A DNA stretch of 64,000 bases, taken from the NCBI GenBank assembly GCA_039190005.1, contig JBCCYM010000002.1, positions 10,285 to 74,284 on the forward strand, in the 5' to 3' direction. Made by a program: the position numbers and the translations under genes. Below are positions 1 to 11,323 of this stretch, piece by piece. This DNA comes from Pseudomonadota bacterium. GTDB taxonomy: Bacteria; Pseudomonadota; Gammaproteobacteria; UBA12402. The notes beneath the pieces are model-generated. The model worked only from the letters and a program-made list of their open reading frames with translations. It made no database searches and was not told the DNA's origin. Every line of letters starts with the position of its first letter. The stretch's first letter is position 1.

Positions 1-483
1 CGATAAACCACGTTTTTCATTGCCGAATAGCAGGCAGATGGGGCGATCAACGGGCAATGCTTCCAGACTGATTTCGCCGTCAATACAAGCGCCGGCGATG
101 ATGATATTGTCGCGGTTCATCTCATAATCATGCGGTGATGGCTTATCGCGCAGATAATCAAAAAACTGCTGGCTGGTTTGATGATGGTAGGTATTCACCC
201 AGTAAAAAGCGCCCTGTGTTGTGCCTTTGGCGTGTAAGCTTTTATCTTCGGGACTGATAGCGTGAATGGACATCGCGCCCAATGCTTCACAGCTTCTAAC
301 AATGGCGGCGGCATTGTGAGGGTCAGAGGGCGATTCAACCGCCACATGGACTGAGCTCATGCGATAGGGTAAGATCGATTCAATGCGTTGTCGGCGCGCT
401 TCAGTTAAATATTCGCCAAACACGTTAATCGCTTGATTAACCGCGTTGTTCTGGATAAGTTTTTCAATAATAGCCCTTGACAT
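1..483 (-). CDS. trmH: SpoU/TrmH-family RNA 2'-O-methyltransferase (likely tRNA Gm18 methyltransferase). It is partial: the N-terminal ~160 aa are here and the gene continues past the window start.
   Basis: Hand translation of the minus strand from the ATG at 483 gives MSRAIIEKLIQNNAVNQAINVFGEYLTEARRQRIESILPYRMSSVHVAVESPSDPHNAAAIVRSCEALG...LLFGNEKRGLS. The DPHN..AIxRSxxAxG and GNEKRGL motifs are typical of the SpoU family. It is not in the ORF track because it runs off the window. Confidence 0.65.
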   Translation of the reverse strand, partial: MSRAIIEKLIQNNAVNQAINVFGEYLTEARRQRIESILPYRMSSVHVAVESPSDPHNAAAIVRSCEALGAMSIHAISPEDKSLHAKGTTQGAFYWVNTYHHQTSQQFFDYLRDKPSPHDYEMNRDNIIIAGACIDGEISLEALPVDRPICLLFGNEKRGLS

Positions 484-490
484 GCGCTTG

Positions 491-1264
491 TCAAAAATGA
501 TTTTTCCAGTCGCGCAACACAGCAAAAACTTCAATGTCGTTAGATAATTTTTTACCAGCGTGTTGTTCAGCGGCTTGTCTGACACTTTCAACATCACAAC
601 GTAAAAAAGGATTAAACATTTTTTCAGCGGCGATGGTGCTGGGAATCGTGGCTTGGTTTGCCGCCCGTAATGCCTGGCATTCGCTGATGCGCGCGTCAAT
701 CGCCTTATTGTCAGGTTCAACGGCTTTGGCGAATTTCAGATTGGCCAGGGTGTATTCATGCGCGCAATAGATTTTGGTGGCGGCACGCAGTGGTTTTAAT
801 TTATTTAAAGAATCGCCGAATTGTTGTGCGGTGCCTTCAAACATGCGACCACAGCCGGCGGAAAATAATGTGTCACCAATAAATAAACAATCATCATTGT
901 AATAAGCAATGTGACCTTTGGTGTGTCCTGGAACATCGAGAATGTTTAAACTTAGCTTTAACAGCGGTAGCTCAATCTGATCATCTTGCTGGAGTGGATG
1001 CGTCAAACAGGGAATATTTTCTTTGCTGGGACCATACACTGTCAGGTCATCATAATCTTGACACAATTGGGCAACGCCACCGACATGGTCAGCGTGATGA
1101 TGGGTAATTAATATTGTTTTAAGATTCAGATGATGTGTTTTGACAAAGTCGCGTACCGGTGCGGCGTCTCCGGGATCAACCACGGCACAGTCATTGCTGT
1201 CACTATTAATAATCGCCCAGATGTAATTTGACTCAAACGCGGGAATTTCTTTTATTTTTAACAT
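491..1264 (-). CDS. gloB: hydroxyacylglutathione hydrolase (glyoxalase II), metallo-beta-lactamase fold
   Basis: Carries the THHHADHVGG metal-binding motif. Length is 257 aa. It shows the gloB-yafS-rnhA-dnaQ arrangement known from E. coli. Confidence 0.9.
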   Translation of the reverse strand: MLKIKEIPAFESNYIWAIINSDSNDCAVVDPGDAAPVRDFVKTHHLNLKTILITHHHADHVGGVAQLCQDYDDLTVYGPSKENIPCLTHPLQQDDQIELPLLKLSLNILDVPGHTKGHIAYYNDDCLFIGDTLFSAGCGRMFEGTAQQFGDSLNKLKPLRAATKIYCAHEYTLANLKFAKAVEPDNKAIDARISECQALRAANQATIPSTIAAEKMFNPFLRCDVESVRQAAEQHAGKKLSNDIEVFAVLRDWKNHF

Positions 1265-1316
1265 AAACTGATCTTAATTTGTTGAGTTAAGTAAAAAGTT
1301 CAGCAAAAATAATAGC

Positions 1317-2054
1317 ATGAATAGCACAAAACACAATCAATTGGCAGCTTGGTTACAAAGCGCGACAGGTCAAAATCTGACGCGGCTTGAAAAAGAACAA
1401 TTAACCCAGCTTTTTGCCCATAGTTACAGTGAAACTGTTGTCTTGCTCGGCAGTGTGGCGCAACAACACTTATTACCAAGCCTGCCGGCAAAAAACAGTT
1501 TTATTGCCGATGTGGATTTCGCGACCGCGACACTTGAGCGCAGTGCTTACCCAATTTTTACCGCCGATCCAAGACAGCTGCCGATTATGCCGGAAAGTGT
1601 TGATACTGTGTTAGTGCCACATACCTTGGAGCAATATCAACATCTGCCGCAAATGCTGCGCCAGATTTATCAGATGATGAAGCCACAGGCTTACTTTATC
1701 ATAATGGGTGTTGATCCAGTGAATCTTTGGGGTATCTGGCGTAATTTATCCGTTGAAATGAGGCGTGTATTGCCGAAAGTGTACAGTTTGAGCGCGATGT
1801 GCCGTTATCTTCGCTATGCCGGTTTTGCGGTGATGGAAAAACATCATATGCCCTTAAGGTATGCGCATACTGAAAACAAGCGCGCGCTGTGGCGATTTAT
1901 GCCGCGGCAATTGTCGATTTCTTGTCGTAATTATGTTATAGTGGCGCGTAGAAATGAACAGATAGTGACACCGCGAAAGCTCGGCTGGAAGAAAGTAACA
2001 CATCTGGCTGAGAATGGTTTTGCCAAACCGGCCATAAAAAAATCACATGAATAG
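1317..2054 (+). CDS. YafS-like class I SAM-dependent methyltransferase
   Basis: The 245-aa protein has a core region ([21 protein letters not shown]) resembling YafS ADPLHLPFADKSVDVCLLAHTL. It is located between gloB and rnhA as in E. coli. Its stop overlaps the rnhA start by 8 nt. Confidence 0.65.
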   Translation: MNSTKHNQLAAWLQSATGQNLTRLEKEQLTQLFAHSYSETVVLLGSVAQQHLLPSLPAKNSFIADVDFATATLERSAYPIFTADPRQLPIMPESVDTVLVPHTLEQYQHLPQMLRQIYQMMKPQAYFIIMGVDPVNLWGIWRNLSVEMRRVLPKVYSLSAMCRYLRYAGFAVMEKHHMPLRYAHTENKRALWRFMPRQLSISCRNYVIVARRNEQIVTPRKLGWKKVTHLAENGFAKPAIKKSHE

Positions 2055-2514
2055 TCATCAAAATAGCAAACGTATTGCCATCTACACTGATGGCGCTTGT
2101 CGAGGAAACCCTGGTCCTGGCGGATGGGGGGCGATAATCTGCGACCCACAACAAGAGACCTGTCTTAATGGTGGTGAGTCCAATACCACCAATAATCGCA
2201 TGGAGCTCATGGCCGCGATTAAGGCATTATCCGCCTTGGCAGTTTCTTCTCAGATCGATTTGACCACCGATTCTCAATACTTGCGCTTAGGTATTACCGA
2301 GTGGTTAAAAAATTGGAAAAAAAATGGTTGGAAAACGTCAGCAAAAAAACCGGTTAAAAATAAAGATTTATGGGAAATGCTCGATCATGAAATAAAGCGG
2401 CATGATATTGATTGGCATTGGGTAAAAGGGCATAGTGGTCATCCTGGTAATGAAAAAGCGGATACTCTGGCAAACCAAGCGATTGATGACATGCTTAAAA
2501 CGGGCGTATTGTGA
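2047..2514 (+). CDS. rnhA: ribonuclease HI
   Basis: [20 protein letters not shown] and the C-terminal [14 protein letters not shown] motifs are present. Length is 155 aa. Confidence 0.95.
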   Translation: MNSHQNSKRIAIYTDGACRGNPGPGGWGAIICDPQQETCLNGGESNTTNNRMELMAAIKALSALAVSSQIDLTTDSQYLRLGITEWLKNWKKNGWKTSAKKPVKNKDLWEMLDHEIKRHDIDWHWVKGHSGHPGNEKADTLANQAIDDMLKTGVL

Positions 2515-3191
2515 TGCGACAAATTGTGCTTGATACGGAAACCACCGGTTTAGAAATTGATGATGGTCATCGTGTCATTGAAATTGGCTGTATTGAATTG
2601 AATAACCGTCGTATTACCGGTGAACATTTTCACCGCTATATCAATCCTGAAAGAGAAGTCGAAGAGGGCGCGTTAAACGTACATGGTATCAGCAATGATT
2701 TTTTAGCGGATAAGCCTAAATTTGCCGATATTGCTGATGAATTTATTGCGTTCATCCGCGGCGCGGAATTGATTATACATAACGCGCCGTTTGATGTTGG
2801 GTTTTTACAACATGAATTGCGTTTAATGCAGGCGCGGTCGTATAAAATAAAGGATTATTGTAAGGTTGTTGATACTTTGGCAATGGCTAGACGCTTGCAT
2901 CCCGGACAACGCAATAGTTTGGATGCCTTATGTCGCCGTTACGAAGTTGATAATAAACACCGTGAGTGGCATGGCGCCTTGCTGGACGCGGAATTATTAG
3001 CACAGGTTTATTTGCTGATGACTGGTGGGCAAACCAGTTTTGTTTTAGACGCGGATACGCCATCAGCGCAACAATTATCCGATACGGGGGGCTCAAAACC
3101 AGCGATGGTGTATCAGGAAACACCGATAATGTATGCCAATAGTGATGAGTTGGACGCGCATGAGCAGTTTATTAACATGATGAAAAGGTAA
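2511..3191 (+). CDS. dnaQ: DNA polymerase III epsilon subunit (3'-5' proofreading exonuclease)
   Basis: [11 protein letters not shown] exo I motif, then YxxxD and [14 protein letters not shown] motifs. The ATG at 2514 overlaps the rnhA stop (TGATG). Confidence 0.95.
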   Translation: MMRQIVLDTETTGLEIDDGHRVIEIGCIELNNRRITGEHFHRYINPEREVEEGALNVHGISNDFLADKPKFADIADEFIAFIRGAELIIHNAPFDVGFLQHELRLMQARSYKIKDYCKVVDTLAMARRLHPGQRNSLDALCRRYEVDNKHREWHGALLDAELLAQVYLLMTGGQTSFVLDADTPSAQQLSDTGGSKPAMVYQETPIMYANSDELDAHEQFINMMKR

Positions 3192-3200
3192 AAATCAATA

Positions 3201-5840
3201 ATGAAAAAGATTAAACTTAATTATCGTAACGATTACAAAATACCCAATCATGTCGTTGAGACGGTTGATTTGCGCTTTGAACTTGGTGAAGAAAAAACCA
3301 CAGTGACTGCCACCATGACAGTTAAAGCCAATGTCAAGGCCGAGCAAACAGCGGATTTGCTTTTGTATGGCAAAGATCAAACCTTATGTCATGTTAAGCT
3401 TGATAAAACACAGCTCAGTGATAAAGACTATAAAAAAACCGACGAGGGATTAACGCTTTTTAATGTGCCAAAGCGTTGTACGGTTGAAATCTGTTCCGAG
3501 ATTAAGCCTCAGGAAAATACTTCACTTATGGGACTTTATAAAAGCAAGGGTATGTTTTGCACCCAATGTGAGTCTGAAGGTTTTCGTAAAATAACATATT
3601 ATCCAGATCGTCCTGATGTGTTGGCGGTATTTACCGTTACTATCATTGCCGACAAAAAATCTTATCCGGTCTTGCTTGCCAATGGTAATTTAGTTGACAC
3701 CGGTGATTTGCAAGATGGCAAGCATTTTGCCAAATGGCATGATCCGTTTAAAAAACCTTGTTATTTATTTGCGTTAGTTGCTGGCGATTTATCGCATATT
3801 GACGATCATTTTATTACCCGGTCGGGTCGAAAAGTGCATTTAGCGATATACACGCATCAACATAACATTGATAAATGTCATTTTGCCATGACATCACTGA
3901 AAAAAGCGATGAAATGGGATGAAGAACATTATGGGCGTGAATATGATCTTGACCAATTTATGATTGTCGCCGTTGATGATTTTAATTTCGGTGCCATGGA
4001 GAATAAAGGTTTAAATATTTTTAACACACAGTATATTTTAGCCGATCCTAAAACCGCGACCGATCAGGATTATGCCAATATTGACACAGTTGTCGCTCAT
4101 GAATATTTTCATAATTGGAGTGGTAATCGGGTAACCTTGCGTGATTGGTTTCAACTTACGTTGAAAGAGGGATTAACCGTGTTTCGTGATCACAGTTTTT
4201 CTGAAAGCATAGGCTCGGCGGCGGTAACCCGTATCCAGCAGGTGAATAAATTACGTAACTTTCAGTTTGCTGAAGACCACGGCCCCTTGGCGCACCCCAT
4301 TCGACCAGACGCCTATATTGAAGTCAGTAATTTTTATACAGCGACAGTCTATGAAAAAGGTTCAGAAGTCATTCGGATGCTGAAAACTATTTTAGGTGAT
4401 GAATTATATCGTCGTGGTACTGATCTTTATTTTGACCGTTATGATGGTCAAGCGGTTACCTGTGAAAATTTTGTGCAGTGTATGGAAGAAGTGGGGGATG
4501 TTGATTTATCAAAATTCAGATACTGGTATGAGCAAGCGGGCACACCGGTGTTGCGTATTCGGTCAAAATATGATCGGAAAAATAAAAGCTTTTATGTGGT
4601 GATTAAACAAAGCTGTCCGAACACGCCGGGACAGCAACATAAAAAGCCCTTTTATATTCCGTTAAAAATGATGTTGTTGGATAAACATGGCAAGCAAATG
4701 CCATTGAAGCTGGAAGATAAGCCACAGCGGTTGAAAAATAATGTGTTAATTTTGGAAGAAGAACTATCAGAGTTCACCTTTGTTGATTTAAAAGAAAAAC
4801 CATTGGCGTCATTTTTATGCGGGTTTTCCGCGCCGGTGAAACTGCATTATCGTTACACGGAACATCAGCTGGCTTTTTTGATGACCCATGACTATGATCG
4901 TTTTTGTCAATGGGAGGCGGGAGAGCGCTATACGGTCAATGAAATTATTCGCACCATGAAACAGCTGCAAGCGGATGAGACCCCGACTAATTATCAGATA
5001 TTGATCAACGCGGTACGCTCTATTTTTGATGAAGAATACAGTGACAAACAGTTTACCGCTGAAATGTTATTGTTACCGACACTGGCTTATGTGATGCAGC
5101 ATCTTAAAAAAGTAGATATTGAGCATTTATGTAAAGCCAGAGAAATCGTCATGAAACGAATCGCCTCTGAATTAGAAGATAGCATGGAAAAATATTATCA
5201 GGCGAATCAAAGCGGCGACGCTTACAATTACAGTAAAGACGATGTTGGTCGCCGCCATCTGAAAAATGTGTGTTTAGCTTATCTGAGCGAATCTCAGCAT
5301 CCACAGCGTTTTGATATGGCATTGCAGCAATTTGAAACAGCGGATAATATGACCGATCAACTTGCCGCTTTCGCGATATTAGTGAATAAGGACACGCCGT
5401 ATCGTCAACAAGTGATTGAGCAATTTTATCAACAATGGCGGCATGAACCATTGGTGATTGATAAATGGTTTGCGATTCAGGCCTTAGCTGATGTGCCGGA
5501 TTATTATGATCAGTTAGCGCAATTGCTCAAGCACAAGGATTTTAATATTAAAAATCCCAATCGCGCGCGCGCGGTACTTGCTTCATTCACTAGAAATCTT
5601 AAACATTTCCATGATAGTTCCGGACGTGGTTATCAGCTTATCAGTCAATATATCATTAAATTGGATGCTATCAATCCGATGGTTGCTTCGCGTTTGGCGA
5701 CAAGTCTTACCAATTGGCGACAGTTTGATAAAGCGCGACAAAAGCTGATGAAACAAGTGTTGAAGGGAGTAGTAGCGGTTGATCGTCTCAGTAAAGATAC
5801 GTATGAAATTGTCAGTAAAAGTTTAGCAAAAGGGGTGTAA
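3201..5840 (+). CDS. pepN: aminopeptidase N (M1 family)
   Basis: The 879-aa protein carries GAMENKGL and [13 protein letters not shown] (HExxH..E zinc motif). Confidence 0.95.
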   Translation: MKKIKLNYRNDYKIPNHVVETVDLRFELGEEKTTVTATMTVKANVKAEQTADLLLYGKDQTLCHVKLDKTQLSDKDYKKTDEGLTLFNVPKRCTVEICSEIKPQENTSLMGLYKSKGMFCTQCESEGFRKITYYPDRPDVLAVFTVTIIADKKSYPVLLANGNLVDTGDLQDGKHFAKWHDPFKKPCYLFALVAGDLSHIDDHFITRSGRKVHLAIYTHQHNIDKCHFAMTSLKKAMKWDEEHYGREYDLDQFMIVAVDDFNFGAMENKGLNIFNTQYILADPKTATDQDYANIDTVVAHEYFHNWSGNRVTLRDWFQLTLKEGLTVFRDHSFSESIGSAAVTRIQQVNKLRNFQFAEDHGPLAHPIRPDAYIEVSNFYTATVYEKGSEVIRMLKTILGDELYRRGTDLYFDRYDGQAVTCENFVQCMEEVGDVDLSKFRYWYEQAGTPVLRIRSKYDRKNKSFYVVIKQSCPNTPGQQHKKPFYIPLKMMLLDKHGKQMPLKLEDKPQRLKNNVLILEEELSEFTFVDLKEKPLASFLCGFSAPVKLHYRYTEHQLAFLMTHDYDRFCQWEAGERYTVNEIIRTMKQLQADETPTNYQILINAVRSIFDEEYSDKQFTAEMLLLPTLAYVMQHLKKVDIEHLCKAREIVMKRIASELEDSMEKYYQANQSGDAYNYSKDDVGRRHLKNVCLAYLSESQHPQRFDMALQQFETADNMTDQLAAFAILVNKDTPYRQQVIEQFYQQWRHEPLVIDKWFAIQALADVPDYYDQLAQLLKHKDFNIKNPNRARAVLASFTRNLKHFHDSSGRGYQLISQYIIKLDAINPMVASRLATSLTNWRQFDKARQKLMKQVLKGVVAVDRLSKDTYEIVSKSLAKGV

Positions 5841-5842
5841 TC

Positions 5843-7282
5843 ATGACAACAAGTAGTAAAAAAAATAAAACAACTAAAACAAAGATGCGAAACGAATATG
5901 ATAGCATGGGACGGATGCAAGTGCCCGCGGATAACTATTACGGTGCCCAGACAGCGCGTTCTTTAGTACATTTTAATATTGGCCAGGATGTGATGCCCAA
6001 GCAGTTGATTACGGCCTTTGCCATTTTGAAAAAATCGGCGGCAAAAACCAACACTGAGTTGGGTTTACTGCCTAAAAATAAAGCCAGACTGATTATTCGT
6101 GCCGCCGATGACATTATTGCCGGCAAACTCGATCATCACTTTCCTTTGCGGGTTTGGCAAACTGGCAGTGGCACACAGACCAATATGAATGTGAATGAAG
6201 TGATTGCCAATCGCGCGATTGAATTAGCCGGTGGTGACATGGGTAGTAAGAAACCGATACATCCGAATGACCATGTCAATATGTCGCAATCGTCTAATGA
6301 TACGTTCCCAACCGCCATGCACATTGCCGCGGCGGTAGCCATAAAAGAACATTTGTTACCGGCGATAAGTGAATTGCGCCATGCCTTGGCAGATAAAGTC
6401 AAAGCATTTAAGCAGCTGGTGAAAATAGGGCGTACCCATTTGCAGGACGCGGTGCCGTTAACCTTGGGTCAAGAATTTTCCGCTTACGTCGCGCAGCTTG
6501 AAGCAGATGTTAAACATATTAAATCCGCCTTGCCATCGCTCTATGAGCTGGCCGCGGGTGGCACGGCTGTCGGAACAGGCATTAATAGCCATCCGCAGTT
6601 TGCCAAAAAAGTAGCGCGATATATCGCCATGGAAACCGGTTTGCCCTTTGTGACCGCTAAAAACAAATTTGCCGCGCTGGCCGCGCATGACGCTTTTGTC
6701 TATACCAGTGGTACTTTAAAAACACTGGCGGCTTCCTTGATGAAAATCGCCAATGATCTACGTTGGCTAGCTTCAGGACCGCGTTGTGGTTTAGGCGAAT
6801 TACACTTGCCGGAAAATGAACCGGGTTCTTCCATTATGCCAGGCAAAATTAATCCTACCCAATGTGAAGCCATGACCATGGTTTGTGTTCAAGTCATGGG
6901 GAATGATGCCGCCATTGGTTTTGCCGGCAGTCAAGGTAATTTTGAATTGAATGTGTTTAAGCCGTTAATGATGCATAATCTCATGCACTCTATTACCATT
7001 CTCGGTGATGCCTGCCATAGCTTTAGCAAGTATTGTGTTATCGGATTAACTGCCAATAAAGAAAAGATTGATTATTTTCTTCATCACTCACTGATGTTGG
7101 TAACCGCTTTAAGTCCGCATATTGGTTATGATCGCGCTGCGGAGATGGCGCATTATGCCTTGCATCATGATTTAAACCTAAAAGAAGCCGGTGTTAAACT
7201 TGGCTTATTAACTGAACAACAATTTGATAAATGGGTGCGACCAGAAAAAATGACCAAGCCCACAGCCAAGAAAAAGCGTTAA
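5843..7282 (+). CDS. fumC: class II fumarate hydratase
   Basis: [16 protein letters not shown] signature. Length is 479 aa. Confidence 0.95.
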   Translation: MTTSSKKNKTTKTKMRNEYDSMGRMQVPADNYYGAQTARSLVHFNIGQDVMPKQLITAFAILKKSAAKTNTELGLLPKNKARLIIRAADDIIAGKLDHHFPLRVWQTGSGTQTNMNVNEVIANRAIELAGGDMGSKKPIHPNDHVNMSQSSNDTFPTAMHIAAAVAIKEHLLPAISELRHALADKVKAFKQLVKIGRTHLQDAVPLTLGQEFSAYVAQLEADVKHIKSALPSLYELAAGGTAVGTGINSHPQFAKKVARYIAMETGLPFVTAKNKFAALAAHDAFVYTSGTLKTLAASLMKIANDLRWLASGPRCGLGELHLPENEPGSSIMPGKINPTQCEAMTMVCVQVMGNDAAIGFAGSQGNFELNVFKPLMMHNLMHSITILGDACHSFSKYCVIGLTANKEKIDYFLHHSLMLVTALSPHIGYDRAAEMAHYALHHDLNLKEAGVKLGLLTEQQFDKWVRPEKMTKPTAKKKR

Positions 7283-7293
7283 GCGTTTTAACC

Positions 7294-7725
7294 ATGTCTG
7301 TATCTAGCCATCCGTATTGTAAACCTGAAGCGTATCCTTGGGTAATGCCTTGTCTGGTTGTGCCGGATATATCGCGATCCATTGCTTTTTATCAGCAGGC
7401 TTTTGGATTTGAATTTAAAGATAAATCCATCGATGCTAAAAGTGGTGATTGTTATTGCGCCGAACTTACTTATCGTGATCATATTATTTTTCTGACATTA
7501 GAAGACTTTGATGACCGAGAACAGCAAGCGCCGGTAAGCAATCACGTCTTATCTTCGATGTGGCTTTATTTGTATTGTGACGATGTTGATGCGTTATACG
7601 CTCAAGCCTTAGCCGCCGGTGCCAGTAGTCATCGATCACCGCGGCATATGTCATGGGGTGAACGAATGTGTACCCTTATCGGAATCAATGGCTACCGTTG
7701 GAGTTTTGCTACCGTAAATTCATAA
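7294..7725 (+). CDS. VOC (glyoxalase/bleomycin-resistance) family protein
   Basis: [19 protein letters not shown] has the beta-alpha-beta-beta-beta VOC fold signature. The track ORF starts at 7231 inside fumC. The ATG at 7294 just after the fumC stop is the more plausible start. Confidence 0.55.
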   Translation: MSVSSHPYCKPEAYPWVMPCLVVPDISRSIAFYQQAFGFEFKDKSIDAKSGDCYCAELTYRDHIIFLTLEDFDDREQQAPVSNHVLSSMWLYLYCDDVDALYAQALAAGASSHRSPRHMSWGERMCTLIGINGYRWSFATVNS

Positions 7726-7742
7726 CATTAAACCTAAAAACC

Positions 7743-9011
7743 ATGCTAGATATTAAACAATTAAAACACGATCCTGAGACAATACGTCATAAGCTTAAAA
7801 AAAGAGGCTTTGATTTTGATATTGAAAAATTTCAAACCCTAGAGGGAAACCATAAAAAATATCAGCTTGCTGTTGAAACCTTGCAAGCGAAGCGCAATCG
7901 TCAAGCCAAAATGATTGGGCAAGCCAAAGCTCGAGGTGAAAATGTGGCTGAGTTAATTCAATCGGTTGATAAGTTGGGCGATGAATTGCATCAGGCGCAG
8001 CAAAAATTTAACCAAGCCGATGAAGAACTTAAGCAATATTTATTACAATTACCCAATTTGTTACATGAGAGTGTGCCAGACGGTAAAGATGAAAATGATA
8101 ATGTTGAACTACGTCATTGGGGAGAGCCAAAAAAATTTACTTTCCCGATAAAAGACCATGTCGATTTAGGTGAAGCAAAGCAATGGATGGATTTTAAAAC
8201 CGCCACTAAACTGGCGGGTTCACGTTTTGTTGTCTTATATGGACCATTGGCGCGACTACAACGGGCCTTGATTCAGTTTATGCTTGATTTACACACCCAA
8301 GCGCATGGTTATCAGGAAATTTATGTGCCTTCCATTACCAACAAAACATCGTTATACGGCACCGGTCAGTTACCTAAATTTTCTGAGGATTTATTTCACC
8401 TTGAAAATAAACACGATTACGCGCTGATTTCAACGTCTGAAATACAATTGGCCAATACCGTCCGCGATGACATTATTGATGTTGATAGTTTGCCGATAAA
8501 ATATGTCTGTCATTCCGCCTGTTTTCGCAGTGAAGCCGGTTCTTATGGTCGTGACACCCGTGGCATGATCAGACAACATCAGTTTGAAAAAGTTGAGATG
8601 GTGCAAATTGTCAAGCCGGAAGCGTCATACCAGGCTTTAGAAGCACTTATTCGCCATGCTGAGACGGTGTTGCAAAAACTTGAACTGCCGTATCGTGTGG
8701 TCAGCCTTTGTTCCGGTGATACCGGTTTTTCAGCCGCTAAAACCTATGATCTGGAAGTGTGGCTGCCCAGTCAGAATTGTTATCGTGAAATTTCCTCTTG
8801 TAGTAATTGTGAGGATTTTCAGGCACGGCGTATGAAAGCGCGTTACCGTCAACAAGGACAAAAGCCAGTGCTTGTGCACACACTGAATGGCTCCGGACTG
8901 GCTGTCGGCCGAACCTTGGTCGCTGTTTTGGAGAATTATCAGGATGAGCGGGGCGATATTCATATTCCCGAAGCATTGCAAGCCTATATGGGCGGGAAAA
9001 CCATCTTATAG
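7743..9011 (+). CDS. serS: seryl-tRNA synthetase
   Basis: Has the N-terminal coiled coil and the class II core ([27 protein letters not shown]). The likely start [12 protein letters not shown] is at 7743; the track ORF is extended upstream to 7668. Confidence 0.95.
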   Translation: MLDIKQLKHDPETIRHKLKKRGFDFDIEKFQTLEGNHKKYQLAVETLQAKRNRQAKMIGQAKARGENVAELIQSVDKLGDELHQAQQKFNQADEELKQYLLQLPNLLHESVPDGKDENDNVELRHWGEPKKFTFPIKDHVDLGEAKQWMDFKTATKLAGSRFVVLYGPLARLQRALIQFMLDLHTQAHGYQEIYVPSITNKTSLYGTGQLPKFSEDLFHLENKHDYALISTSEIQLANTVRDDIIDVDSLPIKYVCHSACFRSEAGSYGRDTRGMIRQHQFEKVEMVQIVKPEASYQALEALIRHAETVLQKLELPYRVVSLCSGDTGFSAAKTYDLEVWLPSQNCYREISSCSNCEDFQARRMKARYRQQGQKPVLVHTLNGSGLAVGRTLVAVLENYQDERGDIHIPEALQAYMGGKTIL

Positions 9012-9255
9012 TCTTAATATAACTATTTGGTTATTAATATATTTTGTATTTTTCTACAAAAAGTACTTGACTTTTTTGTTTCATATTGTATCATTAGTCT
9101 TGTCTTCGCTGTGAGGCATAGGGTCAACTCCCTCCATCTATAACCCTCCCCCTGTGTCTCGCAGCCCCTTTAATGACCAGGGGCTTGTCAAGGCGTAAAA
9201 AATAATCTTTCCTCGAGATAATTGTTTCTTTAATTACTTTTTTTATGTGGTAATT

Positions 9256-9331
9256 CGCCCTTTGACCCCTCGACCCTTCGACAGGCTCAGGGCAAGCAGG
9301 CTCAGGGACCACCCTTCGACAGGCTCAGGGA
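9256..9331. repeat. Dispersed GC-rich intergenic repeat, family A ('ccttcgacaggctcagggcaagcaggctcagggacc' orientation), one and a half units
   Basis: Sequence cgccctttgacccctcgacccttcgacaggctcagggcaagcaggctcagggaccacccttcgacaggctcagggacc. Near-identical copies occur at eight or more other loci in the window. Confidence 0.9.
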
Positions 9332-9360
9332 CCATTGTGGTTTTTAGGATTATTATTTAT

Positions 9361-9445
9361 CTACCAATTTCTACAAAATTGGTAGATAAATCTGACTATT
9401 CATACTAAACTGGCAATAATCTACTAATTTTTGCTAAATTGGTAG
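9361..9445. promoter_or_regulatory. Two operator-like palindromes at the fic promoter/start: ctaccaatttCTACAaaattggtag at 9361-9385 and ctactaatttTTGCTaaattggtag at 9421-9445
   Basis: A perfect 10-bp inverted repeat with a 5-bp spacer appears twice, 60 bp centre to centre. The second copy overlaps the TTG start called in the ORF track and lies just 5' of the ATG at 9463. Confidence 0.5.
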
Positions 9446-10818
9446 TTAATGAGCTAAATGACATGAAAATTCCTTTACGACCACCGACAGTTGCTGAATT
9501 GACACAGAAATTATCCTATTCTCAACAGCAAACAGATATTCTAAAAAAAATAAGCTTATATACGTCAATTGGACAGCGAAAAGAATATTTACACTGGGAT
9601 AAACTAAGACATCTAGAACCGCCAAAAGCGTGGTCAACAGAGGAGCTATGGTTAGCTATTAAGCTCGCGCGTTCAAATGCTTATAAGCCTTTACCTTTCA
9701 CGGATAAGCGTCATCAGTCTTTTCAATTTACCACGCCTGATAGTGTAGTCCATAAATTGTATACCATTGATCGTTATCTTGGAAGAGCCGCGCGAGATAC
9801 CGCTTCGGTGTTGAATACGGGTTGGCGACAGACTTACTTGATCAGCTCAATTATTGAAGAAGCGATTAATTCCAGCCAGCTTGAAGGCGCTGTGACTACA
9901 CGAAAAGTAGCTAAAGCGATGCTGCGTGCTCAGCGCAAGCCAAGTAATCCCAGTGAACAAATGATTGTGAATAACTATAGAGCGATGCAGTTTGTTCAAG
10001 AAATAAAACATGAAAATCTGAGCGCGGAAATTATTTTTGAATTACATCGAATATTAACCGAAAAAACATTAGCGCGAACACAATGTGGCGTTTTAAGAAC
10101 GGATAACGATAACATACATGTCTGGGATGATCGGGATCACACGATTTTGCATACACCGCCTAATGCCAGTGAATTAAAACTGCGATTACGAAAAATCTGT
10201 AACTTCGCCAACACTTCTGAAGATGAATACTTTATCCATCCAGTAAGCAAGGCAATTATTCTGCATTTTATGTTAGCCTATGATCATCCTTTTATCGATG
10301 GCAATGGTCGCACAGCAAGAGCATTATTTTACTGGTATTTGCTTAAAAACGATTACCACTTAGTGGAATTTATCTCTATTTCTAGAATCATAAAGAACGC
10401 GCCGGCGCAATACGCTAAAGCGTTTCTTTATACTGAAACCGATGATAATGATATGACATATTTCATCATTCATCAGCTTGAAACAATTGTAAAAGCCTTG
10501 CAGCGTTTGAATGACTATCTGCGAAAGCAAACATGGGAAATAAAAGAAACAGAGCGTTTGGTCTATTCAGTAGAAAATTTGCGACACCAATTAAACTATA
10601 GACAGATCGCTTTAATCAAACACGCGTTAACGCATCCAAATGATCACTACTCAATTACCGCGCATCGTGTATCACATGATGTGACCTATGACACAGCCAG
10701 AAACGATTTATTAAAATTGGCTAAACTCAAATTATTTGTCCAAGAAAAAAAGGGTAAAGCGTTTATGTTTTTAGCCGCGTCTGATTTGCAACAGCGGCTG
10801 GAAAATCGCGGTGGATAA
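9439..10818 (+). CDS. fic: Fic-family AMPylase (class II, N-terminal inhibitory helix) with a C-terminal winged-helix domain
   Basis: Canonical Fic motif HPFIDGNGRTARAL. The upstream inhibitory motif SSQLEG matches (S/T)xxxE(G/N). Length is 459 aa. The start may be the ATG at 9463 (MKIPLRPP). Confidence 0.9.
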   Translation: MVVNELNDMKIPLRPPTVAELTQKLSYSQQQTDILKKISLYTSIGQRKEYLHWDKLRHLEPPKAWSTEELWLAIKLARSNAYKPLPFTDKRHQSFQFTTPDSVVHKLYTIDRYLGRAARDTASVLNTGWRQTYLISSIIEEAINSSQLEGAVTTRKVAKAMLRAQRKPSNPSEQMIVNNYRAMQFVQEIKHENLSAEIIFELHRILTEKTLARTQCGVLRTDNDNIHVWDDRDHTILHTPPNASELKLRLRKICNFANTSEDEYFIHPVSKAIILHFMLAYDHPFIDGNGRTARALFYWYLLKNDYHLVEFISISRIIKNAPAQYAKAFLYTETDDNDMTYFIIHQLETIVKALQRLNDYLRKQTWEIKETERLVYSVENLRHQLNYRQIALIKHALTHPNDHYSITAHRVSHDVTYDTARNDLLKLAKLKLFVQEKKGKAFMFLAASDLQQRLENRGG

Positions 10819-10823
10819 CAAAC

Positions 10824-10913
<90 letters not shown>

Positions 10914-11010
10914 AATGCTCAACAAGTTTAGTGTAATTTTTGCTTGAAGTCTATAGTTTTTATATGCCCAACGCGCGTCAAAATGTGAATTTATCCGCCA
11001 ATTTTGTCAC

Positions 11011-11145
11011 CACCCTTTGACCCTTCGACCCTTCGACAGGCTCAGGGCAAGCAGGTTCAGGGACCGCGGGTTAATGAACTTCAGATTCAGGGACCACTTT
11101 TTGGATTTCCTATTGCCTTCTGACTCTCCCGCAAGCGGGAGAGAT
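11011..11145. repeat. Family A repeat copy (same orientation as 9256-9331) plus a short palindrome tctcccgcaagcgggaga
   Basis: Sequence caccctttgacccttcgacccttcgacaggctcagggcaagcaggttcagggaccgcggg...cagggaccac, then a 7-bp-stem hairpin at 11124-11141. Confidence 0.85.
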
Positions 11146-11323
11146 TTCTTACTTTAAACCTTAAAACTGGACTTTTAATCATATCCTAGATTCACTGCTG
11201 GTTTGCAACAGTGAGGTAAGTTCTTTATACTCTATAAAAACTGATTCAAGCGAAAGTGTGTTAAGCCATTACTTAGCGTTTATTTTGTTTGGAAGGCATT
11301 ATATTATATTATTTTTATTTGCT

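Noticed and set aside
534-770. Numerous 60-110-aa ORFs antisense to or nested in large genes (for example 534..770, 4396..4602, 5149..5451, 6136..6402, 18760..19056, 20459..20866, 33554..33850, 36366..36704, 53694..54320)
   Set aside because: They lie entirely within and opposite well-supported conserved CDSs. Their composition is low-complexity or Ala/Arg-rich, typical of antisense frames. No RBS or conservation argues for them.
9124-9312. ORFs translating to ...PEPACPEPVEGS... (also 16907..17116 and 62670..62852)
   Set aside because: They lie entirely inside the dispersed GC-rich repeat units. The same 'protein' appears wherever the repeat occurs, in both orientations, so it is a translation artefact rather than a gene.
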